DNA of 64,000 bases from Bacteroidota bacterium (GTDB lineage: Bacteria; Bacteroidota; Bacteroidia; Bacteroidales; VadinHA17). Of the stretch, positions 35,824 to 47,951 are shown piece by piece. A program made the translations under genes and the position numbers. Position 1 is the first letter of the stretch; each line of letters starts with the position of its first letter. The notes under the pieces are model-generated. The model was not told the DNA's origin. It saw only the letters and a program-made list of their open reading frames with translations, and searched no databases. The DNA lies in assembly GCA_030618105.1 (NCBI GenBank), contig JAUXED010000002.1:15-64014 (forward strand). Direction: 5' to 3'.

Positions 35824-36243
35824 ATGTTACAGCCAAAGAAGACAAAATTTAGAAGAAGCCAGAAAGGAAAAATGAAAGGTAATGCTAAGAGGGGATATAC
35901 TCTGGCTTTTGGTTCATTCGGAATTAAAACTTTGCAGGAAGCATGGATTACCGGAAGGCAAATTGAAGCAGCAAGGCAAGCTGTTACCCGCCATATGAAG
36001 CGTGAAGGACAGATATGGATAAGGATTTTTCCTGATAAACCTATTACTAAGAAACCTGCTGAAGTTAGAATGGGAAAAGGGAAAGGTGCTCCTGAGGGAT
36101 TTGTTGCACCAGTATCACCCGGAAGGATCATAATTGAGGCTGAAGGTGTTCCTAAAGCCATAGCAAAGGAAGCTCTCAGACTTGCAGCACAGAAATTGCC
36201 GGTTACAACCAGGTTTGTTGTACGGAATGATTATGTTGAATAA
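35824..36243 (+). CDS. rplP: 50S ribosomal protein L16
   Basis: Clear L16 ortholog ([11 protein letters not shown]). Confidence 0.98.
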   Translation: MLQPKKTKFRRSQKGKMKGNAKRGYTLAFGSFGIKTLQEAWITGRQIEAARQAVTRHMKREGQIWIRIFPDKPITKKPAEVRMGKGKGAPEGFVAPVSPGRIIIEAEGVPKAIAKEALRLAAQKLPVTTRFVVRNDYVE

Positions 36244-36257
36244 ACAATAATATAGTA

Positions 36258-36464
36258 ATGGATACAACTGAAATTAAAGGATTAACCACTAAGGAAATTT
36301 TTGAACGCATCGAAAATGAACAGAATTTTTTGGGCAGGCAAAGAATGAATCATGCCGTGTCTCCGTTGGATAATCCTACGAAATTAAAAGAAAGTCGCAG
36401 AATTATTGCCAGATTAAAAACTATTCTGCGTCAAAGACAAATGAACGAGGAATCAAATAGTTAG
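36258..36464 (+). CDS. rpmC: 50S ribosomal protein L29
   Basis: Size, position and sequence fit L29. Confidence 0.93.
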   Translation: MDTTEIKGLTTKEIFERIENEQNFLGRQRMNHAVSPLDNPTKLKESRRIIARLKTILRQRQMNEESNS

Positions 36465-36470
36465 TTTTCA

Positions 36471-36728
36471 ATGGAAAAGAGAAATCTGAGAAAAGAAAGA
36501 ATAGGGCTTGTGGTAAGTAATAAAATGGAGAAATCTATTGTAGTTGCTGTAAACCGAAAAATGAAACACCCTATTTATGGTAAATTTGTGAACAAGACAA
36601 GTAAATTTGTTGCTCATGATGAAGAAAACAGGTGCAATATAGGCGACTTAGTAAAGATTATGGAAACCAGGCCACTGAGCAAAAATAAGGTCTGGCGATT
36701 AGTTGAAGTAATTGAAAGAGTTAAATAG
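36471..36728 (+). CDS. rpsQ: 30S ribosomal protein S17
   Basis: Clear S17 ortholog. Confidence 0.96.
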   Translation: MEKRNLRKERIGLVVSNKMEKSIVVAVNRKMKHPIYGKFVNKTSKFVAHDEENRCNIGDLVKIMETRPLSKNKVWRLVEVIERVK

Positions 36729-36730
36729 CT

Positions 36731-37096
36731 ATGATACAGCAAGAAAGCAGATTATCGGTTGCAGATAATACGGGTGCAAAAGAAGTTCTTTGTATACGTG
36801 TGCTGGGTGGGACGCGTAGAAGATATGCATCTATTGGTGACAAGGTGATTGTTACAGTTAAAAGTGCTTTGCCTTCTGGTGAAGTCAAAAAAGGTATGGT
36901 AAGTACTGCTGTGGTTGTCAGAACCAAAAAGGAAATAAGAAGACCTGACGGATCATATATTCGCTTTGATGATAATGCTGTTGTTCTTTTGAATAACGTG
37001 AATGAGATCCGTGGAACAAGGATATTTGGTCCGGTTCCCAGAGAGCTACGTGAAAAATATATGAAGATCATATCATTAGCGCCTGAAGTATTATAA
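36731..37096 (+). CDS. rplN: 50S ribosomal protein L14
   Basis: Clear L14 ortholog ([17 protein letters not shown]). Confidence 0.98.
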   Translation: MIQQESRLSVADNTGAKEVLCIRVLGGTRRRYASIGDKVIVTVKSALPSGEVKKGMVSTAVVVRTKKEIRRPDGSYIRFDDNAVVLLNNVNEIRGTRIFGPVPRELREKYMKIISLAPEVL

Positions 37097-37115
37097 TTTT
37101 AAAAAGCATATTCAG

Positions 37116-37439
37116 ATGCATAAGAAATTGCACATAAAAAAAGGAGATACGGTTGTTGTTATTACAGGCGAATCAAAAGAACAACGTGGCAGAGTTTTAG
37201 AAGTTAATCGCAAGACACAACGCGCTCTTGTTGAAGGGGTTAATATAATATCTAAACATACAAAGCCTGATGCTCAAAATCCGCAGGGAGGGATTATGAA
37301 AAAAGAAGCCCCTGTTCATATTTCGAACCTGATGCTAATTGACCCTTCGAGTGGTGACCCAACACGGATTGGAAGAAAATATAATGATAAGAAAAAATTG
37401 GTGCGTTATTCAAAAAAATCAGGGGAGGAGATTAAGTAA
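37116..37439 (+). CDS. rplX: 50S ribosomal protein L24
   Basis: Clear L24 ortholog ([17 protein letters not shown]). Confidence 0.96.
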   Translation: MHKKLHIKKGDTVVVITGESKEQRGRVLEVNRKTQRALVEGVNIISKHTKPDAQNPQGGIMKKEAPVHISNLMLIDPSSGDPTRIGRKYNDKKKLVRYSKKSGEEIK

Positions 37440-37993
37440 TGGAAAATACGCTCACACTAAAAAAGAAATACGATGAGGAAATAGTTCCTGCGTTGAAAAA
37501 GGAATTTGGATACAAATCAGTGATGCAGGTCCCAAAATTGCAGAAAATTATAATCAATCAGGGAATTGGCGAAGCTGTTGCCGACAAAAAGATGATAGAT
37601 ACCGGAGTGGATGAAATGACTGCTATCGCGGGTCAAAAAGCTGTACAAACCAAATCAAAAAAAGATATATCTAATTTCAAACTCAGAAAGGATATGCCTA
37701 TTGGTGTTACAGTGACTTTGCGAAGGGATAGAATGTACGAATTTCTGGAAAGACTTATCCGTGTTACGATACCTCGTATAAGGGATTTTCGTGGTATTAA
37801 AAACAAACTTGATGGACATGGAAATTATACTCTGGGAATTACTGAACAGATAATTTTTCCTGAAATCAATCTTGATAAAGTTAATAAAATTCAGGGGTTG
37901 CAGATATCATTTGTGTCTTCAGCTCAAACAGACGAAGAAGGATTAGCGCTATTAAAAGAATTCGGAATGCCTTTTAAAAACATTAATAAATAA
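37439..37993 (+). CDS. rplE: 50S ribosomal protein L5
   Basis: Clear L5 ortholog. Its start overlaps the rplX stop. Confidence 0.97.
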   Translation: MENTLTLKKKYDEEIVPALKKEFGYKSVMQVPKLQKIIINQGIGEAVADKKMIDTGVDEMTAIAGQKAVQTKSKKDISNFKLRKDMPIGVTVTLRRDRMYEFLERLIRVTIPRIRDFRGIKNKLDGHGNYTLGITEQIIFPEINLDKVNKIQGLQISFVSSAQTDEEGLALLKEFGMPFKNINK

Positions 37994-37998
37994 ATCAT

Positions 37999-38268
37999 AT
38001 GGCAAAGGAATCAATGAAAGCCCGGGAAGTTAAGCGTAAAAAACTTGTTGATAAGTATGCTGAAAAAAGGGCAAAACTTAAAGCAGAAGGTGATTATGTT
38101 GGGTTAAGCCTACTACCACGAAATTCTAATCCAATTCGTTTGCATAACAGGTGCAATCTTACCGGTCGTCCAAAGGGATATATGAGGCAGTTTGGTATTA
38201 GCAGGATTACTTTCCGCGAAATGGCAAATAAGGGTTTGATCCCTGGAGTGAAAAAAGCAAGTTGGTAA
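37999..38268 (+). CDS. rpsN: 30S ribosomal protein S14 (long, non-zinc form)
   Basis: Clear S14 ortholog, 89 aa, without a CxxC pair. Confidence 0.96.
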   Translation: MAKESMKAREVKRKKLVDKYAEKRAKLKAEGDYVGLSLLPRNSNPIRLHNRCNLTGRPKGYMRQFGISRITFREMANKGLIPGVKKASW

Positions 38269-38324
38269 ATTGTCTTATCCAGGTAACCGGAAAAAAGGAA
38301 TAAAGAAATTAAACAAAGAATAAA

Positions 38325-38720
38325 ATGACAGATCCAATAGCTGATTATCTTACGAGAATAAGAAATGCCATACTGGCAAATAATAAAGTGGTTGAAATTC
38401 CGGCTTCTAATCTTAAGAAGGATATGACCAAAATACTTTTTGATTCAGGCTATATTCTTAACTATAAATTTGTGGATGATGATCTTCAGGGGATTATCAA
38501 GATAGCTTTGAAATATGATCCGGAAAACAAAAAATCAGCTATAAGATCGCTTAAGAGAGTGAGCCGTCCTGGTTTGAGAAAGTATACAAGTGCAAGCAAA
38601 TTACCCAGAGTGCTTAATGGTCTTGGAATAGCAATACTTTCAACTTCACAGGGTGTAATGACCAATAAAGCAGCAAGGAAGATGAATATTGGTGGTGAAG
38701 TTTTATGTTACGTACAATAA
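38325..38720 (+). CDS. rpsH: 30S ribosomal protein S8
   Basis: Clear S8 ortholog ([13 protein letters not shown]). Confidence 0.98.
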   Translation: MTDPIADYLTRIRNAILANNKVVEIPASNLKKDMTKILFDSGYILNYKFVDDDLQGIIKIALKYDPENKKSAIRSLKRVSRPGLRKYTSASKLPRVLNGLGIAILSTSQGVMTNKAARKMNIGGEVLCYVQ

Positions 38721-38739
38721 GATTAAGGAGATTAAATAA

Positions 38740-39291
38740 ATGTCGAGAATAGGAATTTTACCAATTCAATTACCAGAGGGAGTGACAGTTACAATGAATA
38801 ATAATGTGATTGTTGTTAAAGGCCCCCTTGGTGAGTTGCATCAGGAAATAAACAAAGACATAAAGGTAAAGATAGAAGAAAATCATGTGGTTCTGGAAAG
38901 ATCCACAGATCAGAAACGGCATAAAGCAATGCATGGACTCTATCGTTCATTGGTATTTAATATGGTTGCCGGCGTGTCTGAAGGATATACGATTCAACAG
39001 GAATTGGTTGGTGTTGGTTTCAAAGCTGAATCAAAGGGTCAAAGACTGGAACTAAATTTGGGTTATTCGCATGATATTTATATTGAATTACCTCCGGAAG
39101 TTAAAGTTGAGGCTAAAACTGAACGGAGAAAGAATCCTGTTATTACTTTAAAAAGTCATGATAAACAGCTTATTGGACAGGTGGCTGCAAAGATTCGTTC
39201 ATTTCGTCCTCCTGAACCATATAAAGGTAAAGGGATTAAGTTTGTGGGTGAACAAATTAGAAAGAAGGCCGGAAAGGCTGCAAGTGTTTAA
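38740..39291 (+). CDS. rplF: 50S ribosomal protein L6
   Basis: Clear L6 ortholog (MSRIGILPI). Confidence 0.97.
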   Translation: MSRIGILPIQLPEGVTVTMNNNVIVVKGPLGELHQEINKDIKVKIEENHVVLERSTDQKRHKAMHGLYRSLVFNMVAGVSEGYTIQQELVGVGFKAESKGQRLELNLGYSHDIYIELPPEVKVEAKTERRKNPVITLKSHDKQLIGQVAAKIRSFRPPEPYKGKGIKFVGEQIRKKAGKAASV

Positions 39292-39312
39292 TAGTGTAAA
39301 ACTGAGTAGGCT

Positions 39313-39672
39313 ATGTCTTTAACAAAGAGTGAAAGAAGGCAAAAAATTAAAATGCGTATCCGTGGGAAACTTTCTGGTACGAGTGAAAAACCGAGAATGT
39401 CTGTGTTCAGAAGTAACAAGCAGATATATGTTCAGTTAGTTGATGATTTTCAGGGCAAAACTTTACTTGCAGCATCATCTCTTGAGAAAGTTATTGCAGA
39501 TAAAAAGAATATCACAAAAACCGAGCAAGCCAAATTTGTCGGTAAATTGATTGCGGAAAAATGTAAGAAAGAGGGAATTAAGCAAGTAGTTTTTGACAGG
39601 AACGTATATTTATTCCATGGGAGAGTAAAATCATTAGCCGATGCAGCCCGGGAAAACGGGTTAAAAATTTAA
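39313..39672 (+). CDS. rplR: 50S ribosomal protein L18
   Basis: Clear L18 ortholog. Confidence 0.96.
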   Translation: MSLTKSERRQKIKMRIRGKLSGTSEKPRMSVFRSNKQIYVQLVDDFQGKTLLAASSLEKVIADKKNITKTEQAKFVGKLIAEKCKKEGIKQVVFDRNVYLFHGRVKSLADAARENGLKI

Positions 39673-39676
39673 GATT

Positions 39677-40192
39677 ATGTCGAACAGTATTAGAAAAGTA
39701 AAAACCATCGATCTTGAACTCAAGGACCGGCTTGTTGGTATCCAGAGGGTTACAAAGGTTACAAAAGGTGGTCGTACCTTTAGTTTTTCAGCAATTGTTG
39801 TTGTTGGTAATGAAGATGGAATAGTTGGATACGGATTAGGAAAGGCCAGTGAAGTTACAACTGCCATTGCAAAGGGTGTTGAAGATGCAAAAAAGAACCT
39901 TATAAAAGTGCCAATTATTAACGGTACAATTCCTCATGAGCAATTAGCAAAATTTGGTGGTGCAAAGGTTTTTATTAAACCTGCATCCAGTGGTACAGGT
40001 GTTAAAGCAGGGGGTGCAATGAGAGCTGTGCTTGAAAGTGTCGGAGTAAAGGATGTTCTTGCGAAATCAAAAGGATCATCAAACCCGCACAACCTGGTTA
40101 AAGCCACCATGCTGGCGTTGCTTGAATTAAGAGACGCATTTACTGTGGCCAGGCAAAGAGGAATTTCGATGGATAAAGTTTTTAACGGTTAG
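39677..40192 (+). CDS. rpsE: 30S ribosomal protein S5
   Basis: Clear S5 ortholog ([16 protein letters not shown]). Confidence 0.98.
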   Translation: MSNSIRKVKTIDLELKDRLVGIQRVTKVTKGGRTFSFSAIVVVGNEDGIVGYGLGKASEVTTAIAKGVEDAKKNLIKVPIINGTIPHEQLAKFGGAKVFIKPASSGTGVKAGGAMRAVLESVGVKDVLAKSKGSSNPHNLVKATMLALLELRDAFTVARQRGISMDKVFNG

Positions 40193-40210
40193 ATTAGAAA
40201 GATTTTAGTT

Positions 40211-40390
40211 ATGGCAAAAATTCGCGTAACACAGGTAAAAAGTAAAATAGGTAGTGAAAAGCGTCAGAAAAGAACGCTTGAAGCACTTGGCTTGAAAAAA
40301 ATGCACGGTTCTGTTGAAGTAGAAGCTACTCCGCAAATATTAGGAATGGTTAATAAAGTTATCCACCTTGTGAAAGTTGAGAAATTGTAA
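40211..40390 (+). CDS. rpmD: 50S ribosomal protein L30
   Basis: Absent from the ORF track because it is under 60 aa. Hand translation gives MAKIRVTQVKSKIGSEKRQKRTLEALGLKKMHGSVEVEATPQILGMVNKVIHLVKVEKL (59 aa) in the expected slot between rpsE and rplO. Confidence 0.93.
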   Translation: MAKIRVTQVKSKIGSEKRQKRTLEALGLKKMHGSVEVEATPQILGMVNKVIHLVKVEKL

Positions 40391-40414
40391 GAATAATATA
40401 TATGTTTCATTATT

Positions 40415-40867
40415 ATGGATTTAAGTAATTTAAAACCTGCAGAAGGATCAATAAAAAAACCAAAAAGGATTGGAAGAGGACAGGGGTCTGGAAGAGGTGG
40501 CACTGCTACCAGAGGACATAAGGGTCAGAAATCCAGGTCGGGATACTCAAAGAAAATCGGTTTTGAAGGTGGACAAATGCCTCTGCAGCGTAGGGTTCCG
40601 AAATATGGGTTTACAAATCCCACCAGGAAAGAATATAAAGGTGTGAATCTGGATGTGATCCAGGCTCTTGCTGAAAAGATAAAGACAGATAAAATAGATA
40701 TTGAAACACTTGTAAAAGCCGGGTTGGTATCCGGAAAAACTTTGGTGAAAATTCTTGGCAATGGCAAGTTGACAATGAAACTTGATGTGAAAGCACATGC
40801 TTTTTCAAAGTCAGCACAGGAAGCCATTGAATCTCAGAAAGGAACTGTTGAAAAAATAACTTTCTAA
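40415..40867 (+). CDS. rplO: 50S ribosomal protein L15
   Basis: Clear L15 ortholog (GRGQGSGRGGTATRGHKGQ). Confidence 0.97.
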   Translation: MDLSNLKPAEGSIKKPKRIGRGQGSGRGGTATRGHKGQKSRSGYSKKIGFEGGQMPLQRRVPKYGFTNPTRKEYKGVNLDVIQALAEKIKTDKIDIETLVKAGLVSGKTLVKILGNGKLTMKLDVKAHAFSKSAQEAIESQKGTVEKITF

Positions 40868-42201
40868 TGAAAGCGATTAATACTATAAGGAATATTTTTA
40901 GAATTGAAGATCTTCGTAACAGGATCCTTTACACACTTGGTATATTATTAATTTACCGGTTAGGAAAATATGTTACACTCCCTGGTATAGATCCTTCTCA
41001 GCTTGAGAATCTGCAGGCGCAAACAAAAGAAGGAATAATGGGATTACTGGATATGTTTTCAGGAGGAGCATTTTCACAAGCTTCGGTTTTTGCGCTTGGT
41101 ATTATGCCATATATTTCTGCATCGATTGTGATACAATTAATGGGAATTGCCGTTCCATATTTTCAGAGATTACAAAAGGAAGGGGAAAGCGGAAGAAGGA
41201 AGATAAACCAGATAACCAGGTATCTTACAGTTGGTATCTTAATCCTTCAGGCTCCAACATATCTTATGAACCTGCATGCCCAACTTCCTGAAACTGCATT
41301 TGTGCTCAAAGGGTCATTCTTTACTGTTTCGTCTGTGATTATCCTTATTACAGGAACAATGTTTGTAATGTGGCTTGGCGAAAAAATCACAGATAAAGGA
41401 ATTGGTAATGGTATCTCTCTGATTATTATGATAGGTATTATAGCACGTCTCCCGTCATCTCTGGTATTTGAATTTGGGACACGTGTAAATGGTTCGGGTG
41501 GATTAGTTGGCTTATTAATTGAATTTGTGTTCCTTTTTATTGTAGTACTAGGTACAATTTTGCTTGTTCAGGGGACAAGAAGAATACCTGTTCAATATGC
41601 TAAAAGAATTGTAGGAAATAAACAATATGGCGGAGTTAGACAATATATTCCCCTAAAAGTTAATGCTGCAGGTGTTATGCCAATTATTTTTGCTCAGGCA
41701 ATAATGATGTTGCCGATAATGCTTATTGGATATTCATCTTCAGACTCGGTGTCTGGATTTGCAGCAGCGTTTTCAAATATGTATGGGTTTTGGTATAGTT
41801 TTGTGTTTGGCATTATGATCATACTGTTTACATATTTCTATACTGCTATTACAATCAATCCTAACCAGATGGCTGAGGATATGAAGAAAAACGGGGGATT
41901 TATACCCGGAATTAAACCCGGACGAAAAACAGTTGAATTTCTTGATACGATTATGTCAAGAATAACCCTGCCGGGATCATTTTTTCTTGCATTAGTTGCA
42001 ATACTTCCTGCTTTTGCTGTGAATCTTGGCGTGTCCGGGCAATTTGCTCAATTCTATGGTGGAACTTCATTACTTATTTTAGTTGGTGTTGTTCTGGATA
42101 CGTTACAACAGATTGAAAGTCATCTGTTAATGCGTCATTATGACGGTTTGATGAAATCAGGAAGAATAAAAGGCAGAACAGGTAGTGCTGCTATAATATA
42201 A
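40867..42201 (+). CDS. secY: Preprotein translocase subunit SecY
   Basis: 10-TM SecY sequence in the canonical spc operon position. Confidence 0.97.
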   Translation: MKAINTIRNIFRIEDLRNRILYTLGILLIYRLGKYVTLPGIDPSQLENLQAQTKEGIMGLLDMFSGGAFSQASVFALGIMPYISASIVIQLMGIAVPYFQRLQKEGESGRRKINQITRYLTVGILILQAPTYLMNLHAQLPETAFVLKGSFFTVSSVIILITGTMFVMWLGEKITDKGIGNGISLIIMIGIIARLPSSLVFEFGTRVNGSGGLVGLLIEFVFLFIVVLGTILLVQGTRRIPVQYAKRIVGNKQYGGVRQYIPLKVNAAGVMPIIFAQAIMMLPIMLIGYSSSDSVSGFAAAFSNMYGFWYSFVFGIMIILFTYFYTAITINPNQMAEDMKKNGGFIPGIKPGRKTVEFLDTIMSRITLPGSFFLALVAILPAFAVNLGVSGQFAQFYGGTSLLILVGVVLDTLQQIESHLLMRHYDGLMKSGRIKGRTGSAAII

Positions 42202-42211
42202 TAGGCGTTCT

Positions 42212-42988
42212 TTGATGTTTAATTACAAGACCGACAGGGAGATTGAGATACTTAGGGAGAATAACCTGCTTGTATCAAAAACACTTGCAGAGTTGGTAAA
42301 ATATATCAAGCCTGGTGTCACAACCCGAAAACTTGATATAATTGCCGAGGAATATATCAGAGACCATGGATCTGAACCCGGATTTAAGGGATACAACGGT
42401 TTTCCTAATACCCTTTGTACTTCAGTTAACAGCCAGGTAGTTCATGGAATACCATCTGGATATGAATTAATTGAAGGTGATATTATTTCAATTGATTGTG
42501 GAGTTTTTAATAATGGATTTTACGGGGATTCGGCCTTTACATTCCCGGTTGGCGAGGTAGATGAGAAAGTGATAAAATTGCTTAAATATACCCGCGAATC
42601 ATTAGAGAAAGGTGTTGAGAAGGCAATTCATGGTAATAGACTTGGGGATATTAGTTTTGCTGTTCAGAAGCATGCTGAAAGTGGTGGTTTTTCTGTTGTT
42701 AGGGAAATGGTAGGGCATGGTCTCGGAAGAAACCTGCATGAACAACCGGAAGTTCCCAATTATGGAAACCGGAACCAGGGCATTAAATTGAAAAAAGGAC
42801 TTGTAATTTGTATTGAACCCATGATAAACATGGGAATGAAAAATATTACCCAGGACCCGAATGGCTGGACCATTCGGACAATGGACAATAAACCATCGGC
42901 ACATTTTGAATATGCCGTTGCAATCGATCACGGGAAAGCAGATGTATTAACCACTTTCCGGTTTATCGATGAAATATTAAATAATTAA
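42212..42988 (+). CDS. map: Type I methionine aminopeptidase
   Basis: MetAP core (VVHGIPS, DCGV, GHGLGR, EPM). The ATG at 42215 is a more likely start than the TTG at 42212. Confidence 0.95.
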   Translation: MMFNYKTDREIEILRENNLLVSKTLAELVKYIKPGVTTRKLDIIAEEYIRDHGSEPGFKGYNGFPNTLCTSVNSQVVHGIPSGYELIEGDIISIDCGVFNNGFYGDSAFTFPVGEVDEKVIKLLKYTRESLEKGVEKAIHGNRLGDISFAVQKHAESGGFSVVREMVGHGLGRNLHEQPEVPNYGNRNQGIKLKKGLVICIEPMINMGMKNITQDPNGWTIRTMDNKPSAHFEYAVAIDHGKADVLTTFRFIDEILNN

Positions 42989-42999
42989 ACAATTTAGTA

Positions 43000-43218
43000 A
43001 TGGCGAAACAACAATCAATTGAACAGGATGGTACAATTATTGAAGCCCTGTCTAACGCAATGTTTCGTGTTGAATTAGAAAACGGACACGTTATTACTGC
43101 TCATATTTCAGGGAAGATGCGAATGCATTATATTAAAATTCTTCCCGGGGATAAAGTTAAAGTTGAAATGTCACCTTATGATCTTACTAAGGGAAGAATA
43201 ACGTTCAGGTATAAATAG
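43000..43218 (+). CDS. infA: Translation initiation factor IF-1
   Basis: Clear IF-1 ortholog, 72 aa. Confidence 0.98.
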   Translation: MAKQQSIEQDGTIIEALSNAMFRVELENGHVITAHISGKMRMHYIKILPGDKVKVEMSPYDLTKGRITFRYK

Positions 43219-43232
43219 AAAATAAATCGACT

Positions 43233-43349
43233 ATGAAGGTAAAAGCATCTGTTAAGAAGCGTAGTTCTGACTGCAAAATCGTTAGAAGAAAAGGAAGACT
43301 TTATGTCATTAATAAGAAGAATCCCAGATTTAAACAAAGACAGGGATAA
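43233..43349 (+). CDS. rpmJ: 50S ribosomal protein L36
   Basis: Absent from the ORF track. Hand translation gives [38 protein letters not shown] (38 aa) between infA and rpsM. Confidence 0.93.
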   Translation: MKVKASVKKRSSDCKIVRRKGRLYVINKKNPRFKQRQG

Positions 43350-43385
43350 TAATTTTTTATTATAATTTATTAATTATAAGTTTTT

Positions 43386-43763
43386 ATGGCAAGAATAGTA
43401 GGAGTTGATTTACCAAATGAAAAAAGAGGAGAAATAGGTTTAACCTATATCTACGGTATTGGAAAAAGTAATGCAGGTAAAATCCTCGATAAAGCCGGAA
43501 TAGACCGGGATATAAAAGTTAAAGATTGGTCTGATGACCAGCTTAATGTAATAAGAAAGATTCTGAATGATGAATACAAGCTTGAAGGAGAGTTGCGTTC
43601 GGAAATGCAGATGAATATTAAGCGATTAATGGATATTGGCAGTTATCGTGGTATTCGTCATCGTACCGGAATGCCTGTAAGAGGTCAAGGCACAAAAAAC
43701 AATGCCAGAACCCGTAAAGGCAGAAGGAAAACTATTGCTAATAAAAAGAAAGCTACAAAATAG
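43386..43763 (+). CDS. rpsM: 30S ribosomal protein S13
   Basis: Clear S13 ortholog ([10 protein letters not shown]). Confidence 0.98.
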   Translation: MARIVGVDLPNEKRGEIGLTYIYGIGKSNAGKILDKAGIDRDIKVKDWSDDQLNVIRKILNDEYKLEGELRSEMQMNIKRLMDIGSYRGIRHRTGMPVRGQGTKNNARTRKGRRKTIANKKKATK

Positions 43764-43771
43764 ACTAGAAT

Positions 43772-44161
43772 ATGGCTAAGAAGAAAGGTACTTCACGAAG
43801 AAAAGTGGTTAAGGTTGAACCCTACGGGCAAGCCCATATCCACGCTTCATTTAATAATATCATTATCTCTTTAACCAATAACTCAGGGCAAGTTATTTCC
43901 TGGGCTTCGGCAGGAAAAATGGGATTCAGAGGTTCAAAGAAAAATACCCCTTATGCAGCACAAATGGCAGCTGAGGAATGTGCCAAGACGGCTTATGACA
44001 ATGGTTTAAGAAAAGTGAAGGTGTTTGTAAAAGGTCCTGGCTCCGGAAGAGAATCTGCTATAAGAACTATACATTCAAATGGTATTGAGGTAACCGAAAT
44101 TATGGATGTTACACCTATGCCACATAACGGATGCAGACCGCCGAAAAGAAGAAGAGTTTAG
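43772..44161 (+). CDS. rpsK: 30S ribosomal protein S11
   Basis: Clear S11 ortholog. Confidence 0.98.
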   Translation: MAKKKGTSRRKVVKVEPYGQAHIHASFNNIIISLTNNSGQVISWASAGKMGFRGSKKNTPYAAQMAAEECAKTAYDNGLRKVKVFVKGPGSGRESAIRTIHSNGIEVTEIMDVTPMPHNGCRPPKRRRV

Positions 44162-44207
44162 TTTATAATATATAGGAAAACTTAAAATTAAAATAAGAGA
44201 AACATAA

Positions 44208-44816
44208 ATGGCAAGATATATCGGACCAAAAACGAAAATTGCAAGAAAATTTGGCGATCCTATTTACGGACCCGATAAGTACTTTGAGAAAAAGAACTAT
44301 CCGCCAGGACACCATGGGGCAAATAAAAGAAGAAGAAAAACTTCTGAATACGGAATCCAGCTGAAAGAAAAACAGAAAGCCAAATACACTTATGGTGTGT
44401 TGGAACGTCAGTTTGCAAAATTGTTTGATAAAGCTTTAAGAAGTCAGGGTGTTACAGGAGAAGTGCTTCTCCAACTGCTTGAGTCAAGGCTAGATAATGT
44501 AGTATTTCGTTTAGGCATTGCACCAACCAGAAACGGCGCCCGGCAACTTATATCACATAAACACATAACTGTAAATGGAAAGGTTTCGAATATTCCATCA
44601 TTTTTGCTTAAGGCTGGTGATATTGTTGGTGTTCGTGAAAAATCAAAATCTCTTGAGGTAGTATTAAATTCTCTTGAGACTGTGCGATATTCTCACTCAT
44701 CCTGGCTCGAATGGGATCAGGATCAGTTAGCAGGTAAGTTTTTAAATGTGCCTGAAAGAGAAGATATTCCTGAGAATATCAAAGAACAATTAATAGTTGA
44801 ATTATACTCTAAATAA
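44208..44816 (+). CDS. rpsD: 30S ribosomal protein S4
   Basis: Clear S4 ortholog ([16 protein letters not shown]). Confidence 0.98.
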   Translation: MARYIGPKTKIARKFGDPIYGPDKYFEKKNYPPGHHGANKRRRKTSEYGIQLKEKQKAKYTYGVLERQFAKLFDKALRSQGVTGEVLLQLLESRLDNVVFRLGIAPTRNGARQLISHKHITVNGKVSNIPSFLLKAGDIVGVREKSKSLEVVLNSLETVRYSHSSWLEWDQDQLAGKFLNVPEREDIPENIKEQLIVELYSK

Positions 44817-44835
44817 TATTTTTAAGAATTAATTT

Positions 44836-45828
44836 ATGGCCATACTAGCATTCCAAAAGCCCGATAAAGTAATAATGATTGAATCGGACGAAAAATTTGG
44901 CAAGTTCGAATTTCGTCCTTTAGAACCCGGATATGGGATTACTGTAGGTAATGCCCTAAGAAGAATTCTGCTCTCTTCGCTTGAAGGGTACGCAATTACT
45001 ACTGTTAAATTTGATGGTATCGATCACGAATTTTCAACCATAAAGGGTGTTATGGAAGATGTGACCGAAATGGTTCTCAACTTAAAACAAATCCGGTTCA
45101 AGAAACAGGTTGAAGATGTTGATAGCGAGAAGATAATGGTTAATATTTCGGGTAAAAGCGAATTTAAAGCAGGTGATCTTTCCGAATTCTTAAATAGCTT
45201 TGAGGTTCTGAATTCCGATCATGTCATTTGCAGATTAGAACCTGACGTAAAACTTCAGATGGAGTTCACAATTAATAAAGGCAGAGGTTATGTGCCTGCT
45301 GAAGAAAATGCACCACCTGAAATGGAATATGGACTAATTGCTCTCGATTCAATATTTACACCTATTATAAATGTAAAATATTCCATTGAAAACTATAGGG
45401 TAGAGCAAAAGACTGATTATGAAAAGCTTATCTTTGAAATACAAACAGATGGCTCTGTATTTCCTAAAGAAGCACTGAAAGAAGCAGCAAAAATACTAAT
45501 CTATCACTTTATGCTTTTCTCTGATGAGAAGATCACTTTAGATACAGATGAAAAATTTGCCAATGAAGAGTTTGATGAGGAAGTACTTCACATGAGGCAA
45601 TTGCTTAAAACAAAACTTGTTGACCTCGACCTGTCTGTTCGTGCTCTGAATTGCTTGAAAGCAGCAGAGGTTGAATCCTTAGGAGAACTTGTTAAGTATA
45701 ACAAGAATGATTTACTAAAGTTTAGAAACTTTGGAAAAAAATCTCTTACTGAACTTGAAGACCTCTTGAAGTCAATGAACCTTAATTTTGGTATGGATAC
45801 AACTAAATATAAGTTAGATAAGGAATAA
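44836..45828 (+). CDS. rpoA: DNA-directed RNA polymerase subunit alpha
   Basis: Clear RpoA ortholog with N-terminal and C-terminal domains ([12 protein letters not shown]). Confidence 0.98.
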   Translation: MAILAFQKPDKVIMIESDEKFGKFEFRPLEPGYGITVGNALRRILLSSLEGYAITTVKFDGIDHEFSTIKGVMEDVTEMVLNLKQIRFKKQVEDVDSEKIMVNISGKSEFKAGDLSEFLNSFEVLNSDHVICRLEPDVKLQMEFTINKGRGYVPAEENAPPEMEYGLIALDSIFTPIINVKYSIENYRVEQKTDYEKLIFEIQTDGSVFPKEALKEAAKILIYHFMLFSDEKITLDTDEKFANEEFDEEVLHMRQLLKTKLVDLDLSVRALNCLKAAEVESLGELVKYNKNDLLKFRNFGKKSLTELEDLLKSMNLNFGMDTTKYKLDKE

Positions 45829-45862
45829 TTATTGTGAATAACTGGTAATCGAATTTTTAGAA

Positions 45863-46486
45863 ATGCGACATCGAAAAGGATTTAATCATTTAAGCAGAAC
45901 AAAACCTCACAGAGAGGCAATGTTTGCAAATATGGCATCATCGTTGATTCTACACAAAAGAATACAAACAACAATAGCTAAAGCAAAAGCACTTAGAACC
46001 TATGTTGAGCCTTTAATTACAAAATCAAAAAGTGATACTACCCATTCAAGAAGGGTAGTATTCAGTTATCTCAGGAATAAATATGCAGTTTCGGAATTAT
46101 TCAGAGAGGTTTCACCGAAAATTATTGAGAGACCCGGAGGATATACACGGATATTAAAAACCGGATCCCGTCTTGGAGATAATGCAGAATTGTGCATTAT
46201 TGAGCTGGTTGATTACAATGAAAACCTTTTATCTGCTAAAGAAGATAAAAAAACCAAACACTCGCGAACCAGACGAAGCGGAAAAGGAGGTAGTGAAATC
46301 CCTAAAGAAATGCCTGAAACCCAAGTTGTTGAAGATAAGGAATTGAAAACAGAACCGAACGATAATAATGAAGAAGCAGGGAAGGAAGAAAAAGAACCGG
46401 AAAAAGTCAAAATTGAAGAAAATCTGAAAGCTGAAGAAACAGAAGATGTAAAAGTGGAGAAGAAAAGCGAAAATGATATTTTATAA
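45863..46486 (+). CDS. rplQ: 50S ribosomal protein L17 with a long Glu/Lys-rich C-terminal tail
   Basis: L17 core ([20 protein letters not shown]) over roughly the first 120 aa, then about 85 aa of low-complexity E/K-rich sequence. Confidence 0.96.
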   Translation: MRHRKGFNHLSRTKPHREAMFANMASSLILHKRIQTTIAKAKALRTYVEPLITKSKSDTTHSRRVVFSYLRNKYAVSELFREVSPKIIERPGGYTRILKTGSRLGDNAELCIIELVDYNENLLSAKEDKKTKHSRTRRSGKGGSEIPKEMPETQVVEDKELKTEPNDNNEEAGKEEKEPEKVKIEENLKAEETEDVKVEKKSENDIL

Positions 46487-47788
<1,302 letters not shown>

Positions 47789-47814
47789 AAAGAGATCTTC
47801 TAAATTACTATAAA

Positions 47815-47850
47815 ACAGAGGTTGATAGAATCAGCCTCTGTTTTTTATTT
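47815..47850 (+). terminator. Rho-independent terminator after eno
   Basis: ACAGAGGTTGA (47815-47825) pairs with TCAGCCTCTGT (47831-47841). This gives an 11-bp stem with one G-U pair and a TAGAA loop, followed by TTTTTATTT. Confidence 0.8.
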
Positions 47851-47951
47851 TAAACCTGATTTACAGCATATAAATTTCTTAGGTTTTGATGGCAATATCA
47901 CTTATTTTTAATGAAAATAATTTTTTTAATAATCAAAAAACAATCTAAAAA

